Part shown: positions 42,104-52,306 of the stretch, piece by piece | How the letters are laid out: each line of letters begins with the position of its first letter | How positions within the stretch are numbered: position 1 is the first letter of the stretch | From: Nitrosarchaeum sp. | GTDB taxonomy: Archaea > Thermoproteota > Nitrososphaeria > Nitrososphaerales > Nitrosopumilaceae | Length of the DNA stretch: 64,000 nucleotides | Reading direction: 5' to 3' | Assembly: GCA_965223865.1 (NCBI GenBank) | Contig: OZ245020.1 | Span: forward strand, 800,001-864,000 | Notes under the pieces: model-generated | Told to the model about the DNA's origin: nothing | The model's input: the letters and a program-made list of their open reading frames with translations, nothing else | The model's database searches: none | Made by a program: the position numbers and the translations under genes

Positions 42104-42688
42104 TTAGTCAGCCTTTGAATATTTGTTTACATATAGACAATTCCATACTAGTGGGTCTTCTTTTACATTTTTTTCATCTAAAAAGGAAATATCAGTAACA
42201 GTTTTTTTTCTTTTTAGCAGATTTATTTGAAAACTAGAAAATTTTTCACATTTACATACATTATACAAACACACATCATTATCTCCTTCATCGTGATCTT
42301 CTGCGGTATGTCCACAATTACATATTGCGTCTCTTTTCGCTTTGTCTAAATTTTGTTCAGAATAAACACCCAATCTAAGATAGGCCTCACCATCATGACC
42401 TTTCTTAAAACGTTCATAGTTATCAGATCTTGGTAATTCCTTGAAAAATGAAAGATTTGAATCAGGTTTTTGAGATTCTGAACCCATGATAAACCAGTAT
42501 TGATCACCAATTTCGACAAATCTAATTTTTATTGATGGATTAACCCACCAATTTATTGTCTCATGCCAAAGATTTGTTGCCTCTTTTCTATCAGAAAATA
42601 AAGGAATGACATTCATTCTAAGATCATAGTATCTATAAGCTACGCCAAGAAAGTCATCAAACCAAGGTACAGGAGACTGGGAAGACAA
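42104..42688 (-). CDS. Hypothetical protein with Cys/His metal-binding insert
   Basis: CNCGH....H......C....CKC..F. Confidence 0.75.
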   Translation of the reverse strand: MSSQSPVPWFDDFLGVAYRYYDLRMNVIPLFSDRKEATNLWHETINWWVNPSIKIRFVEIGDQYWFIMGSESQKPDSNLSFFKELPRSDNYERFKKGHDGEAYLRLGVYSEQNLDKAKRDAICNCGHTAEDHDEGDNDVCLYNVCKCEKFSSFQINLLKRKKTVTDISFLDEKNVKEDPLVWNCLYVNKYSKAD

Positions 42689-42772
42689 CTCACAGAAATC
42701 AGGCTAGAGCATATTTATCTGATCTGAATTGATGGTAATACCCTTATATCTTGGTTTTATACTTAATTTCGT

Positions 42773-43054
42773 ATGGTTTCCTATAGGACAAGTATGCAAA
42801 TTGTTGCAGATCTTTTGACCGTCACTGAACAGTCTGGTCAACAAGGTATCAAAACAACATCATTACTTACAAAGGCAAATCTTTCACATTCCAGACTATC
42901 AAGATTCTTGGAAAATTTGACTGGATCTGGACTTATAAACAGAATTGAATTTGATGGGAAAAACACATTTGTTATAACCGAGAAAGGCAGACAATATTTA
43001 GAATCCTACTCAAAATTCTCAAGTATTGCAGAATCCTTTGGTCTCGAACTTTAA
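42773..43054 (+). CDS. Winged-helix transcription regulator
   Basis: YRTSMQI, KANLSHSRL, ITEKGRQYL. Confidence 0.85.
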   Translation: MVSYRTSMQIVADLLTVTEQSGQQGIKTTSLLTKANLSHSRLSRFLENLTGSGLINRIEFDGKNTFVITEKGRQYLESYSKFSSIAESFGLEL

Positions 43055-43057
43055 AAT

Positions 43058-43276
43058 CTACCTTTTAGATTTTCTTCTTCTTTCTGCATTTGCTTTTCGT
43101 CGTTCTTGTCTTTCCTTATACGAACTATAAATTATAATTATGCATATTCCGGCAATAGAGGCATAAAACAATGGAATAACTGGCGGAACTATCAATTCTC
43201 CGTTTGCTGGATTTACAAATGACATAGGAATTCCAACCACACAAAAAATCAAGATCACTAAAAGGTACTTGTCCAT
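43058..43276 (-). CDS. Small two-TM protein
   Basis: Two TM helices, basic tail. Confidence 0.7.
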   Translation of the reverse strand: MDKYLLVILIFCVVGIPMSFVNPANGELIVPPVIPLFYASIAGICIIIIYSSYKERQERRKANAERRRKSKR

Positions 43277-43339
43277 AACTTTTATGATTTACAAAACCAT
43301 ATATCTTTTTGAGTTAGCTATTATCTTAACTGAAGAAGC

Positions 43340-43522
43340 ATGACAAAAATTTTAGAAGTAATAGGACTGGTTTTAGTAGGGATTATGTTCTTAGCATTTG
43401 TTGGAGTAATTCCCCAGGTTGAATCAGGATTATCTCCAGTATTTTGGGGATGTGCTGGTTGTGCATTAATGATAATCTTCTATAGAAAGATGAAAAGAAA
43501 ACAACAAGAAGAAAAAAATTGA
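43340..43522 (+). CDS. Small two-TM protein
   Basis: Two TM helices, basic tail. Confidence 0.7.
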   Translation: MTKILEVIGLVLVGIMFLAFVGVIPQVESGLSPVFWGCAGCALMIIFYRKMKRKQQEEKN

Positions 43523-43611
43523 TTTAATTCAAGACAATGCTAAGAACTGATCAAGTATTGATCAACCGACAGATCTATAAAGGAGAATTAAAGTAAAAGT
43601 TTGGGAGGAGC

Positions 43612-43698
43612 ATGAAAGAAGAAACTAAGCAATGGTGGGAAGGTTTAGGAAAGGAGTTAGAAGTTGACATTGAAGCCTTCGACGAATCAAGCTCTTAA
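43612..43698 (+). CDS. WWEG microprotein 1 (28 aa)
   Basis: MKEETKQWWEGLGKELEVDIEAFDESSS; GGAGG RBS and AGATCTATAAA promoter; paralog at 43933. Confidence 0.6.
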   Translation: MKEETKQWWEGLGKELEVDIEAFDESSS

Positions 43699-43730
43699 AA
43701 ATTTCATATTAAAAAATAAAATAATTTTAA

Positions 43731-43768
43731 AGCCTCGAACGGGATCTGAATGCAACCGTTCAGAGCCC
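43731..43768. mobile_element. att-like site: tRNA 3'-end remnant overlapping an 11-6-11 inverted repeat
   Basis: GGGATCTGAAT-GCAACC-GTTCAGAGCCC; minus strand reads TTCAGAT CCCGT TCGAGGC T. Confidence 0.6.
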
Positions 43769-43932
43769 TAACAAATTAAGAGATTATTTCATTGAATTAT
43801 AAAATAAAAAATGAAAATTATTGCTCTATTTGATCACAGAAAAACAGGATTGAGTATGTTATATGAGGAGCAATTTGATTTTGAATTAATTTTATAGCAA
43901 GATCTATAAACAATGATCCTTCCCATGTTGTA

Positions 43933-44010
43933 ATGTCTGATTCTGTTATTCCTAAATGGTGGGAAGGAATGAAAGGGTTAGAGACAGATATTGAATGTGA
44001 GATGTCTTAA
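43933..44010 (+). CDS. WWEG microprotein 2 (25 aa)
   Basis: MSDSVIPKWWEGMKGLETDIECEMS; same AGATCTATAAA promoter, leaderless spacing. Confidence 0.6.
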   Translation: MSDSVIPKWWEGMKGLETDIECEMS

Positions 44011-44334
44011 TTTAGCATATATTCCTAAAGGGCCTTAAGCTAAATCTTGAAGGCCCTCGAGGGGTGTTGCAATATTAGTTCAGGGCCCCTGTAATGTTAG
44101 AGTCAAAATTTGAGTTATTTTCTAGGTTCAACAAAGTTTGACGTTGAGAGAAGGCTACAATGACAAATCTCCCTGACTCTCTTCTGGTTTTGGGTCTTAT
44201 TTTAGTCCCAAGAAAGCATATGGACCCACAGCTACTTTCAACAAATCACTAGATTGAAACTAGTGAAAAAACTCATCCATATAATCACAGTACTAAAGAG
44301 AAGATTTAACTCATCTAGTATTAAGTACAAAATT

Positions 44335-45063
44335 ATGAAACTGAAGTTTTCAGCTTTGATATTATCATTTGTTTTGCTTGCAGGTTCTATTCCCTTTTCT
44401 ATTGCCCAACAAGAATCTACACTGATTCCAGAATGGATAAAACAAACTGCAAAATGGTATTCTGAAGGAACCGTGTCTGAACGAGAATTTCTGGATGCAA
44501 TAAGATTTCTTGTTCAAAACAAGATAATCATCATAACTGAGGAAGAATTCACAGAAGATCCAACATTACAAACTGATCAAATCACCGTCACAAAGCCAAG
44601 GATCAAACAATGTGAGGTTTTGTTCCAATCCTACAAAAATATTGGTGAACATAGATTCAAAAGCAAATACTCTCATGTTGCCTACTTGAAAGATTGCATA
44701 TCTCTTTACAAAGATCCTGTGTGGAAATACCAGGGAGAAGATCGTCACGATAAATTGTATCAAAGGCTAATAGACATCCAACAAACAAAACCAGAACAAA
44801 AAAAACTGTCTTTTCAACCTGAAGTAAATATTCTATCAAAAATTAACATTGGAAAAGAAAAGTATGATGTAAAGTTCAATGTATGTGCAGGAGACAAGAA
44901 AATTGACAAGGCAAAAGTATTGATCAAATCTCAGATTGAAAGTATTGAGTATGGCACCAACAAGGACATTGCCGAAAATACTTGTAGAACTTATGTTTAT
45001 CAAATAAACGCCAAAAATCCCGATAATATTTTCATTACAATTCTAGAACAAGTACTGGAATAA
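44335..45063 (+). CDS. Secreted protein with thaumarchaeal IPxWIK motif
   Basis: Signal peptide from ATG 44335; IPEWIKQTAKWYSEG..SEREFLDAIRFLV. Confidence 0.8.
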   Translation: MKLKFSALILSFVLLAGSIPFSIAQQESTLIPEWIKQTAKWYSEGTVSEREFLDAIRFLVQNKIIIITEEEFTEDPTLQTDQITVTKPRIKQCEVLFQSYKNIGEHRFKSKYSHVAYLKDCISLYKDPVWKYQGEDRHDKLYQRLIDIQQTKPEQKKLSFQPEVNILSKINIGKEKYDVKFNVCAGDKKIDKAKVLIKSQIESIEYGTNKDIAENTCRTYVYQINAKNPDNIFITILEQVLE

Positions 45064-45136
45064 TTTAACAATCTCTGTAAATAACAAAATTTGGACCTAA
45101 CTTACAGTTGACGTGTTATATTTTGTCTCCTAATCC

Positions 45137-45742
45137 TTATCTAATGGGGGTCGCCGCATTTAGAACACCAATGAATCTGCCATGACTGTCTTTGATTTTT
45201 AGAACAATATCAGCTGATAATATTTTTGCACTCTCATCCCACAATACTTCCCTTACATGAACATCTTGTTTTAATGCCCTGAGCCATCATCCCTCATCTC
45301 CTTGATTGTAGTCATCAGTTCTGCCAGTTATTGCCACATTTGCCCCAAACTCATTGGTTATTATGATTTCAGGAAATATTACATCGCCAAATTCCTCAGT
45401 TGAAATTGTTTGTTTTTGCTTAAGGATTTTTGAGATGTTATTTTCAATCAAGGATCCCATAAAAGGAGATGGCTTGTCTTTTGGAGTGCTCTTCCATTCT
45501 TTGTCTCTATCTACAATGTATGTTTCAGGGTCTTGCATTGCTTCCTGCATGAACTGCCTGTTTTGTCCCATATTCTCTCTCATCTGCTACCTGAATTCTG
45601 GATCTGACATCAATTCTGGCATCTGTTGCGGGGACATGGCCATAGGACCAGGAGAAGAGTTCTGCATAGCTGCAAATCCTATTCCAATTCCTGCAACAAA
45701 AACGCCAACTGTAATGCCTATCCAAACATATTGGCTAACCAT
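45137..45742 (-). pseudogene. Chimeric pseudogene: Met/Gln-rich anchored protein joined to Cache/PDC-like sensor domain
   Basis: One frame with in-frame TAG (45587) and TGA (45287); EIIITNEFGANVA..TDDYNQGDE.*W, WDESA..IGVL. Confidence 0.7.
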
Positions 45743-45886
45743 AACTTGATGACGCTTTTTGATTCTTATGTTTATGTCCAGTTTTCAATGAATGTTATCA
45801 TGTATTGTTGTTTAATTATGGAATCAAGATATAGAACAACTACATCATCTTGATATTGTGTTTTATCTAATAATTATTCAATCACG

Positions 45887-47584
45887 ATGACAACTGTTCA
45901 ATCTATCTCTAAATTATGCCAGGATAAACTATGGAAATTAAGAATTCTCACATTTACTGCCGGTGCAGTGGTCATGGGCTTGGAGATTGTAACAAGCAGG
46001 ATACTGACGCCTGTTTTTGGAAGTACAATATACACGTGGGGAAGCCTGATTGGAGTAATTCTGAGCGGTTTAAGCCTAGGTTACTATTTGGGTGGAAAAG
46101 TTGCTGATGACCATCCAAAATTTGAAAAGATTTGTGGGATTGTTTTTTCAGTTGGATTGTTTATTGTAGCAATTCCATTTTTTGCCTCTTCAGTAGTTGA
46201 TTTTACTATTGCAGTATTGCCTGGCACCCAGTTCACTTCCTTGGTTGCAACGTTTTTGTTATTGATGCTTCCTTCTGTTTTGCTTGGCTTTGTATCACCA
46301 TATGTGATCAAGCTTGGAACAAGCACATTGCAAAGAGTTGGAAACATTTCTGGAAACCTTTATTCAATTGCCACAATTGGCAGCATCTTTGGCACATTTG
46401 TAACGGTCTTTGTCTTGATTCCAAATGTTGCAGTAAACCAGATAATTTTTGGACTCGGAATTGCATTGATTGCAAGTTCCTTGATTGGTCTCAAAGCATC
46501 TCCTAAAATCATTGCAGTTGCGATTGTAGTAATTCTGATAGTTCCTTGGTCTTCATTGTCGGTAAATACAATATCACATAATGGAAAGCTAATCTATGAA
46601 AAAGAGACTCTTTTCAGTCATTTGGACATTGTAGAGTATGGAAGTAACATAAGCATGTATCTTGATGGTATGAGACACAGCTCAATGAATGTCAATGATC
46701 CTCTAGATTTGGTAATAGATTATACTGAATACTTTCACTTAGGTATGCTGTTTAATCCCACAGCCAATGATGTTTTATTTGTTGGTGGTGGAGGGTTTAC
46801 CGGTCCAAAAAACTTTCTTGCATTATATCCTGATACAAAGATAGATGTAATTGAGATTGATTCAGATGTGATTGATGCGGCAAAGACATACTTTAGTTTG
46901 GAGGATAACAATCCAAGGCTTCAGATATTCAATGATGATGCAAGAAAACACCTATCTACATTTGAGAAAAAATACGACGTGATAGTTTTAGATGCATATG
47001 CAGCAAACTATGTGCCCTATCATTTAATGACACAAGAATTCTTTCAAATTATTGAGAAAAGACTAGAACCAGATGGTGTTGTGGTATCTAATTTCATAGG
47101 CTCCATTGAAGGAAAAGATTCTCAGCTAGTTAAGGCTGCATACAAGACAATGAAACAGACATTTCCAGTAGCATATATTTTTCCTACAGAAGATAAACCA
47201 ACAAATGTACAAAATATCATGATAGTCTCATCAAACCAGCCTTACGAATTTGATAGATTGTTACTACTAGAGATGGCAAAAAACAGTCCTGCAGACTATC
47301 TAGTGGATGAACTAAGCAAACCTGAGCACTTTTACCAAGAAATAGTTGATACTTCGGAGGCTCCATTTCTTACTGACCAACACAATCCATCTGAAGTTCT
47401 GATCAACCCCCTTACTAGCAAGCCCTATGTTCAGGAATTTCAAGATGAGCAAATAGAAAAGAGAGAACATCGAGACGATCTGATAAATGTGGGATTGGGC
47501 ATAGGATTATCTGTGATTGCAGCAATATGGTTTCTCTATTTTAAAAAGAAGGTTTGGAATCCAGAATTAACTTTACCATCTTAG
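45887..47584 (+). CDS. Fused membrane domain/spermidine synthase-like SAM-dependent protein
   Basis: GAVVMGLEI..RILTPVFGS TM domain; VLFVGGGG, VIEIDSDV, DVIVLDAY, LTD. Confidence 0.88.
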   Translation: MTTVQSISKLCQDKLWKLRILTFTAGAVVMGLEIVTSRILTPVFGSTIYTWGSLIGVILSGLSLGYYLGGKVADDHPKFEKICGIVFSVGLFIVAIPFFASSVVDFTIAVLPGTQFTSLVATFLLLMLPSVLLGFVSPYVIKLGTSTLQRVGNISGNLYSIATIGSIFGTFVTVFVLIPNVAVNQIIFGLGIALIASSLIGLKASPKIIAVAIVVILIVPWSSLSVNTISHNGKLIYEKETLFSHLDIVEYGSNISMYLDGMRHSSMNVNDPLDLVIDYTEYFHLGMLFNPTANDVLFVGGGGFTGPKNFLALYPDTKIDVIEIDSDVIDAAKTYFSLEDNNPRLQIFNDDARKHLSTFEKKYDVIVLDAYAANYVPYHLMTQEFFQIIEKRLEPDGVVVSNFIGSIEGKDSQLVKAAYKTMKQTFPVAYIFPTEDKPTNVQNIMIVSSNQPYEFDRLLLLEMAKNSPADYLVDELSKPEHFYQEIVDTSEAPFLTDQHNPSEVLINPLTSKPYVQEFQDEQIEKREHRDDLINVGLGIGLSVIAAIWFLYFKKKVWNPELTLPS

Positions 47585-47591
47585 CAGAGAA

Positions 47592-48788
47592 CTAACAAGA
47601 TTTTGCATTTGCTAGTTTCTGTCTAGAAATAACAAACAACATAACAATTGCAGCGCCACACATCACCATACTGTATCCATAAGCCTGTTGTGTGCCAAAA
47701 TTCTCTAGCAATACCCCAAAGACCGTATTTGCAATCAAAAATGACACGCCAATAAACAGATAATATATTCCAAATGCAGTACCTCGGAGCTTCTCAGATG
47801 CTAATTTTGAGACTATCGTTTTCTGGCTGGTAATGGACATTCCCAGGTATATCCCAAATATTGAGGCCATTGCAATTGTTACATGCCATGTATCTGCATT
47901 AGAAAATCCTAAGAGAGCAACTGCAAAGAACAAACCGAATCCAATGAGCAGAATTTTTTGAGGACCAATTCTGTCAGACAAGATTCCTGCAGGATATCCG
48001 GAAATGGCATGTGCGATGTTTATCACCACATAGACAATTGGGATCAGAGCGGCTGTCAGCCCTGCATCCATTCCCTCTAAAAGTATGAAGGAGAAATTGA
48101 ACGCGCCAAGAGAAAATACCGTAAAGACTATCATGAATAACAAAAATCGACCACGCAGCACTTCCCTAAAGTTTGAAAGTATGGTTGCATCCCTTGGTAT
48201 GATTCTTTTTTCTTTGACAAAGAACAGAATTATCACCAGTGCAGCAGCTGCAGGTATCAATGAGATCCAAAATATCTCTCTAATGCCTAAAAGAGGAATC
48301 AGCAAAAATGCAATTAACGGACCAACTACTGCTCCAACAGAATCCAGACTTCGATGCAGACCAAAGGCACGTCCCACTTGAGTTATGCTGACAGAGTCAC
48401 TAAGCAGGGCATCACGTGGTGAGTTTCTTATCCCCTTTCCCAACCTGTCTGAGACTCTTATTGCCAAGACATGCTGCCAAGCTGTAGATATTGCAAACAG
48501 TGGTTTTGCTACAGTAGACAGAAAATATCCCAAAAACACCAACGGCTTTCTTCTTCCTAGCTTGTCAGATAGTGCACCAGAAAATGTTCTGGAACCATAT
48601 CCTACTGATTCTCCAAGACCCTCAATGAATCCAAAGATTCCTTTTCCTAACCCAAGCTCATCGATCATGAATACCGGCAATATGCCAAAGATCATCTCTG
48701 AGGAAATGTCAGTAAACATGCTGACAAACCCCAGATTCTTTACGTTGCTTTCATAATTGGTCTTCTTTTTGGCCAAACAGTAAACCAA
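47592..48788 (-). CDS. MFS transporter
   Basis: DISSEM, GALSDKLGRRK, DRLGKGIR.SPRDAL. Confidence 0.92.
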   Translation of the reverse strand: MVYCLAKKKTNYESNVKNLGFVSMFTDISSEMIFGILPVFMIDELGLGKGIFGFIEGLGESVGYGSRTFSGALSDKLGRRKPLVFLGYFLSTVAKPLFAISTAWQHVLAIRVSDRLGKGIRNSPRDALLSDSVSITQVGRAFGLHRSLDSVGAVVGPLIAFLLIPLLGIREIFWISLIPAAAALVIILFFVKEKRIIPRDATILSNFREVLRGRFLLFMIVFTVFSLGAFNFSFILLEGMDAGLTAALIPIVYVVINIAHAISGYPAGILSDRIGPQKILLIGFGLFFAVALLGFSNADTWHVTIAMASIFGIYLGMSITSQKTIVSKLASEKLRGTAFGIYYLFIGVSFLIANTVFGVLLENFGTQQAYGYSMVMCGAAIVMLFVISRQKLANAKSC

Positions 48789-48938
48789 GTCAATTATGAT
48801 TTTTTAATGTCATTAAACTGAGATTATATTTTGTAATTTTGTAATAAAATTGTGGAATAACTCATAGTACAATACAATTCTCAAATTAGAAAATCAGATA
48901 TTCCAATTAAGTATTTGAAAATTCTTTTTTTTTTGTTT

Positions 48939-49416
48939 ATGGCAACAAAAAAACCAGTAAAAGAGAATCAGGACTAGCTCCATTTTGGACATCAAGTTGG
49001 ACAGACATTGACAAGTCTATTGAAAATCTGAGAAAAGACATGGAAAAGGCATTCTCATCATTTCCTTCAATATCGATGCCAAAAATGCCGGAGACCTCTT
49101 GTGATGTTATAGATGAAGGTAACCAATTTCGTGTAAAGATGGACGTTCCTGGAGTAAAGAAAAATGAGATTAGTCTTAATGTGACTGATAATTCATTGGA
49201 AGTGTCAGCAGAACACAAGGAAGAATCTGAGGAAAAGAAGAAAAACTATCTCAGAAAGGAACGAAGCCATGTGTCATATTATAGAACACTGCCAAGTCTG
49301 AAGACGTGGTTTCAGGTAAAGTAAAGGCAAAACTCACCGATGGAGTGCTAGACATCACACTGCCAAAGGCAAAACCAACTAAAACACAAAAGAAAAAGTC
49401 AATATCAGTACAATAA
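48939..49416 (+). pseudogene. Hsp20 small heat-shock protein with two frameshifts
   Basis: MDVPGV, YLRKERS; C-terminal KAKLTDGVLDITLPK in another frame; ATG 48939 out of frame across an A7 run. Confidence 0.85.
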
Positions 49417-49511
49417 TTCTTTTTTATTTTTTTATTTCAAAAATGAGCATTGATTTCTAATCTTGATTTTATGTTACAACATTAAAAAATTACAAATTCA
49501 ATATCAATAAC

Positions 49512-50738
49512 GTGGTAACTGAATTTGATGTAGTTCCTACCATTATTGGAATTTTGGTCATTGTTATTCCTTCCATGTTGCTCGGAAGACTCTGTGCCCG
49601 ATTTAAAATATCTGAAATATTTGGATTTATTTTGGGCGGGGTTATTTTTGGCCATTTTGCAATTGGTGGATTGATTCCATTTCATGATGAACCAATAGTT
49701 GTAATGGATGATCTAATGTTGTCAATTTGGCAAGTTTCAGGAATAATCATTCTGTTTTCTGCAGGACTGCACTTTACCTTTCATGATCTGCGCCGAGCCG
49801 GAATGAAGGCAGCTTCTGTAGGAATTGGTGGCGTGATAGTGCCGCTGATTCTGGGATATCTTGTGACGAGTATCTTCGGATACGAGTGGCAAGCTGCAAT
49901 TGTAATAGGAGCCACTCTAAGTGCCACCAGTATTGCAATTTCTGTCACAGCATTAGAAGAGCTCAGAAAAGAAAAGACCACTGAAGGAAACGTACTTGTC
50001 AATGCAGCAGTGTTAGATGATGTTTTGGGAATTGCAATCTTGTCTGCAATTCTCTCAATTATAGTGACAAACTCTATTCCTACAATCGAGACAATTACAC
50101 TGCAGACAGTAGAATCCATCGGATTCTGGTTTGTGTTATTGTTAGGAGCAGTATTTTTGCTGCCCCGAATAGTCCACATGACGACAATTGCTCATCCAAC
50201 TTCACTTGAATCACGCGGAATAAATCAAGCCGTGGCTTTAGGTTCTGCCTTTGGATTGGCTGCAATTGCTGGAGGCCTTGGCCTGAATCCGATAATTGGA
50301 GCATTTGCAGCAGGCATGGGGTTAGCTGATTCCAAGCTAGCAATGCAAGCACGTGAATTTGCTGGAAGACTCAAGGTGATTTTCACTCCTCTGTTTTTTG
50401 CAGTAATTGGTGCACATGTAAATCTGGGGGCTATTTTTGATATCAATATTGTTGTGTTTCTTGGTATTTTGGGAGTTGCCATATTTAGCAAAATTCTAGG
50501 ATGTGGTATTCCTGCGTCATTTTTGCTAAAAAATCGTAAAAAAGGATTGCGAGTAGGATATGGGATGATTGCAAGGGGCGAGATAGCATTTGTTACGATT
50601 GGATTGGGTTTATCATATGCTGTTATAGATCAAACAATGTATTCTACGATTATTTTTGTTATCTTGGCAACAATTTTCATTGCACCAGAACTTTTGAGAT
50701 TATCATATAGAAATGAAAATTCAAAAAAATCAGCCTAG
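49512..50738 (+). CDS. CPA2 cation/H+ antiporter
   Basis: ATSIAI, AAVLDD, IIGAFAAG, ARGE. Confidence 0.92.
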   Translation: MVTEFDVVPTIIGILVIVIPSMLLGRLCARFKISEIFGFILGGVIFGHFAIGGLIPFHDEPIVVMDDLMLSIWQVSGIIILFSAGLHFTFHDLRRAGMKAASVGIGGVIVPLILGYLVTSIFGYEWQAAIVIGATLSATSIAISVTALEELRKEKTTEGNVLVNAAVLDDVLGIAILSAILSIIVTNSIPTIETITLQTVESIGFWFVLLLGAVFLLPRIVHMTTIAHPTSLESRGINQAVALGSAFGLAAIAGGLGLNPIIGAFAAGMGLADSKLAMQAREFAGRLKVIFTPLFFAVIGAHVNLGAIFDINIVVFLGILGVAIFSKILGCGIPASFLLKNRKKGLRVGYGMIARGEIAFVTIGLGLSYAVIDQTMYSTIIFVILATIFIAPELLRLSYRNENSKKSA

Positions 50739-50976
50739 GACCAAAAAATAATTCTTCTTTATTCTTAATCGTTCAAAATAGAAGTATTTAGGAAATTCTG
50801 GTTTTGAATCATTTTCTGAAATTTTTATTATAGTTTTCATTATGCCGAAAATTATGGTTACACGAAGCCGGCCCTATCTATACCCCAGCACAACTTGTAT
50901 GTGATAATAGGAGTAAGCCTTTTTTCTTCACAAACGTTACAGTTTGAATGTATTGAATTTTGATAATGGATTTCTA

Positions 50977-51954
50977 TTAATTCAGATTGTCCTCAAAAAA
51001 TTTCAATGTCTTTTGCCATGCATCCTTTGATTCTTCCGGTGCATATCTATCACCGGATGGATTTGCAAATGCATGGTTTACTCCGGGATATATGGTGATG
51101 TCATTGTCAATTCCAACTGTATCCAGAGAAGTCTCAAACTCGTTTACAGTCTCTGGGGGAATTCCGTTGTCGAGCTCAGCAAATATTCCCAATACTGGCC
51201 AGTTGATCTTAGATAATTCTTCAGTGTCTGTTACAAGCTGACCGTAATAGATTACTGTAGCATCCATGTCTTCATTGTTTAATGCCAGGTTCAGTGATTG
51301 TCCACCTCCAAAACACCACCCAATTGAACCCAAGCTAGATGAAGAATAATTTTCTTGTAGGTAAGATACTGCAGTATTCATGTTTTCTGTCCAATAGGAT
51401 TGCTCAAAGGAGGTACGTAGCTGTCTTGCCTCATCAGCAGTTGTGCCAACCTGTCCATCATACAAATCAACTGCAAACACGACATATCCATGTGATGCAA
51501 GCTTTTCTGCCATCTGCTTTATGTTGTCATTTAGTCCCCACCACTCATGAATCATTATCACTCCAGGATAACTTCCATCTGTTTGTGGTTTTGCCAAGTA
51601 TCCGTTAGAATTTCCAAAGTATGAAACATTTGTTGTCTCTACCTCCAAGTCTCCTGTTTCAAATATTACAGAATTGTTATTGTCATTTTTTTCATAATCT
51701 GGTAAAACATGTATTGCCCATTCTCTTTCGATCAGTTTTTCAACTGATGATGGTTTGACACATGCAGGTTGTCCGTTTGAGACTTTCATTATTAACTCAA
51801 GGCCTTCAGTACATGTCACGTTAGAAGGATCCGTACCATCCTGAATCTGCTTTAATGGTGGAGGAAAATACGCTATACCATATACATCATCGTAAACTTG
51901 AACGGTCAAAATTAAAGATGAAAATATTGCCATGATGAAAAATGAATTCTTCAC
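50977..51954 (-). CDS. Secreted dienelactone hydrolase family protein
   Basis: HEWWG, GWCFGG, HAFAN; N-terminal PPLKQ...PACVKP thaumarchaeal module. Confidence 0.9.
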   Translation of the reverse strand: MKNSFFIMAIFSSLILTVQVYDDVYGIAYFPPPLKQIQDGTDPSNVTCTEGLELIMKVSNGQPACVKPSSVEKLIEREWAIHVLPDYEKNDNNNSVIFETGDLEVETTNVSYFGNSNGYLAKPQTDGSYPGVIMIHEWWGLNDNIKQMAEKLASHGYVVFAVDLYDGQVGTTADEARQLRTSFEQSYWTENMNTAVSYLQENYSSSSLGSIGWCFGGGQSLNLALNNEDMDATVIYYGQLVTDTEELSKINWPVLGIFAELDNGIPPETVNEFETSLDTVGIDNDITIYPGVNHAFANPSGDRYAPEESKDAWQKTLKFFEDNLN

Positions 51955-52306
51955 AACAGTGATTATAATTTGTAATATTTTACTTTTGAGTAGAAAAATA
52001 ATCTGAGATTTTTTATTTGTTAATTAAACAAAAGATTACATTTGTGATAAAAACAGGTCAATGAAATTTCAGTTTTGCAGTTATCTAGATTTTGTACAAG
52101 TAAAAATAATGATTAGAGAGTTTTTCGGATTCATTTGGGATTTGATTTCTGGAAATTAGCTTCGTATTCATAATTTTGAACCAACATTTGAATTTTCATT
52201 TCCAGATTACAAATAAGACATTTTTGTATCAGAAATTTCGTAAATCTATGTTACAACCATAGAGAACACTCAGCAACCTTAAATCTTGGGTTGACCATAT
52301 TTTCCT

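Noticed and set aside
43811-43897. 28-aa ORF between the WWEG genes
   Set aside because: No RBS, motif or paralog to distinguish it from chance.
45144-45166. Minus-strand GTTCTAAATGCGGCGACCCCCA resembling a tRNA 3' end
   Set aside because: It is the coding tail (GVLNAATPIR) of the Cache-like pseudogene, and the T-arm spacing does not fit.
45287-45589. Stop-codon recoding (Sec/Pyl or reassignment)
   Set aside because: Both stops are single-base changes from expected Gln/Trp codons; neither atypical tRNA has a suppressor anticodon; core genes end normally at TAG and TGA.
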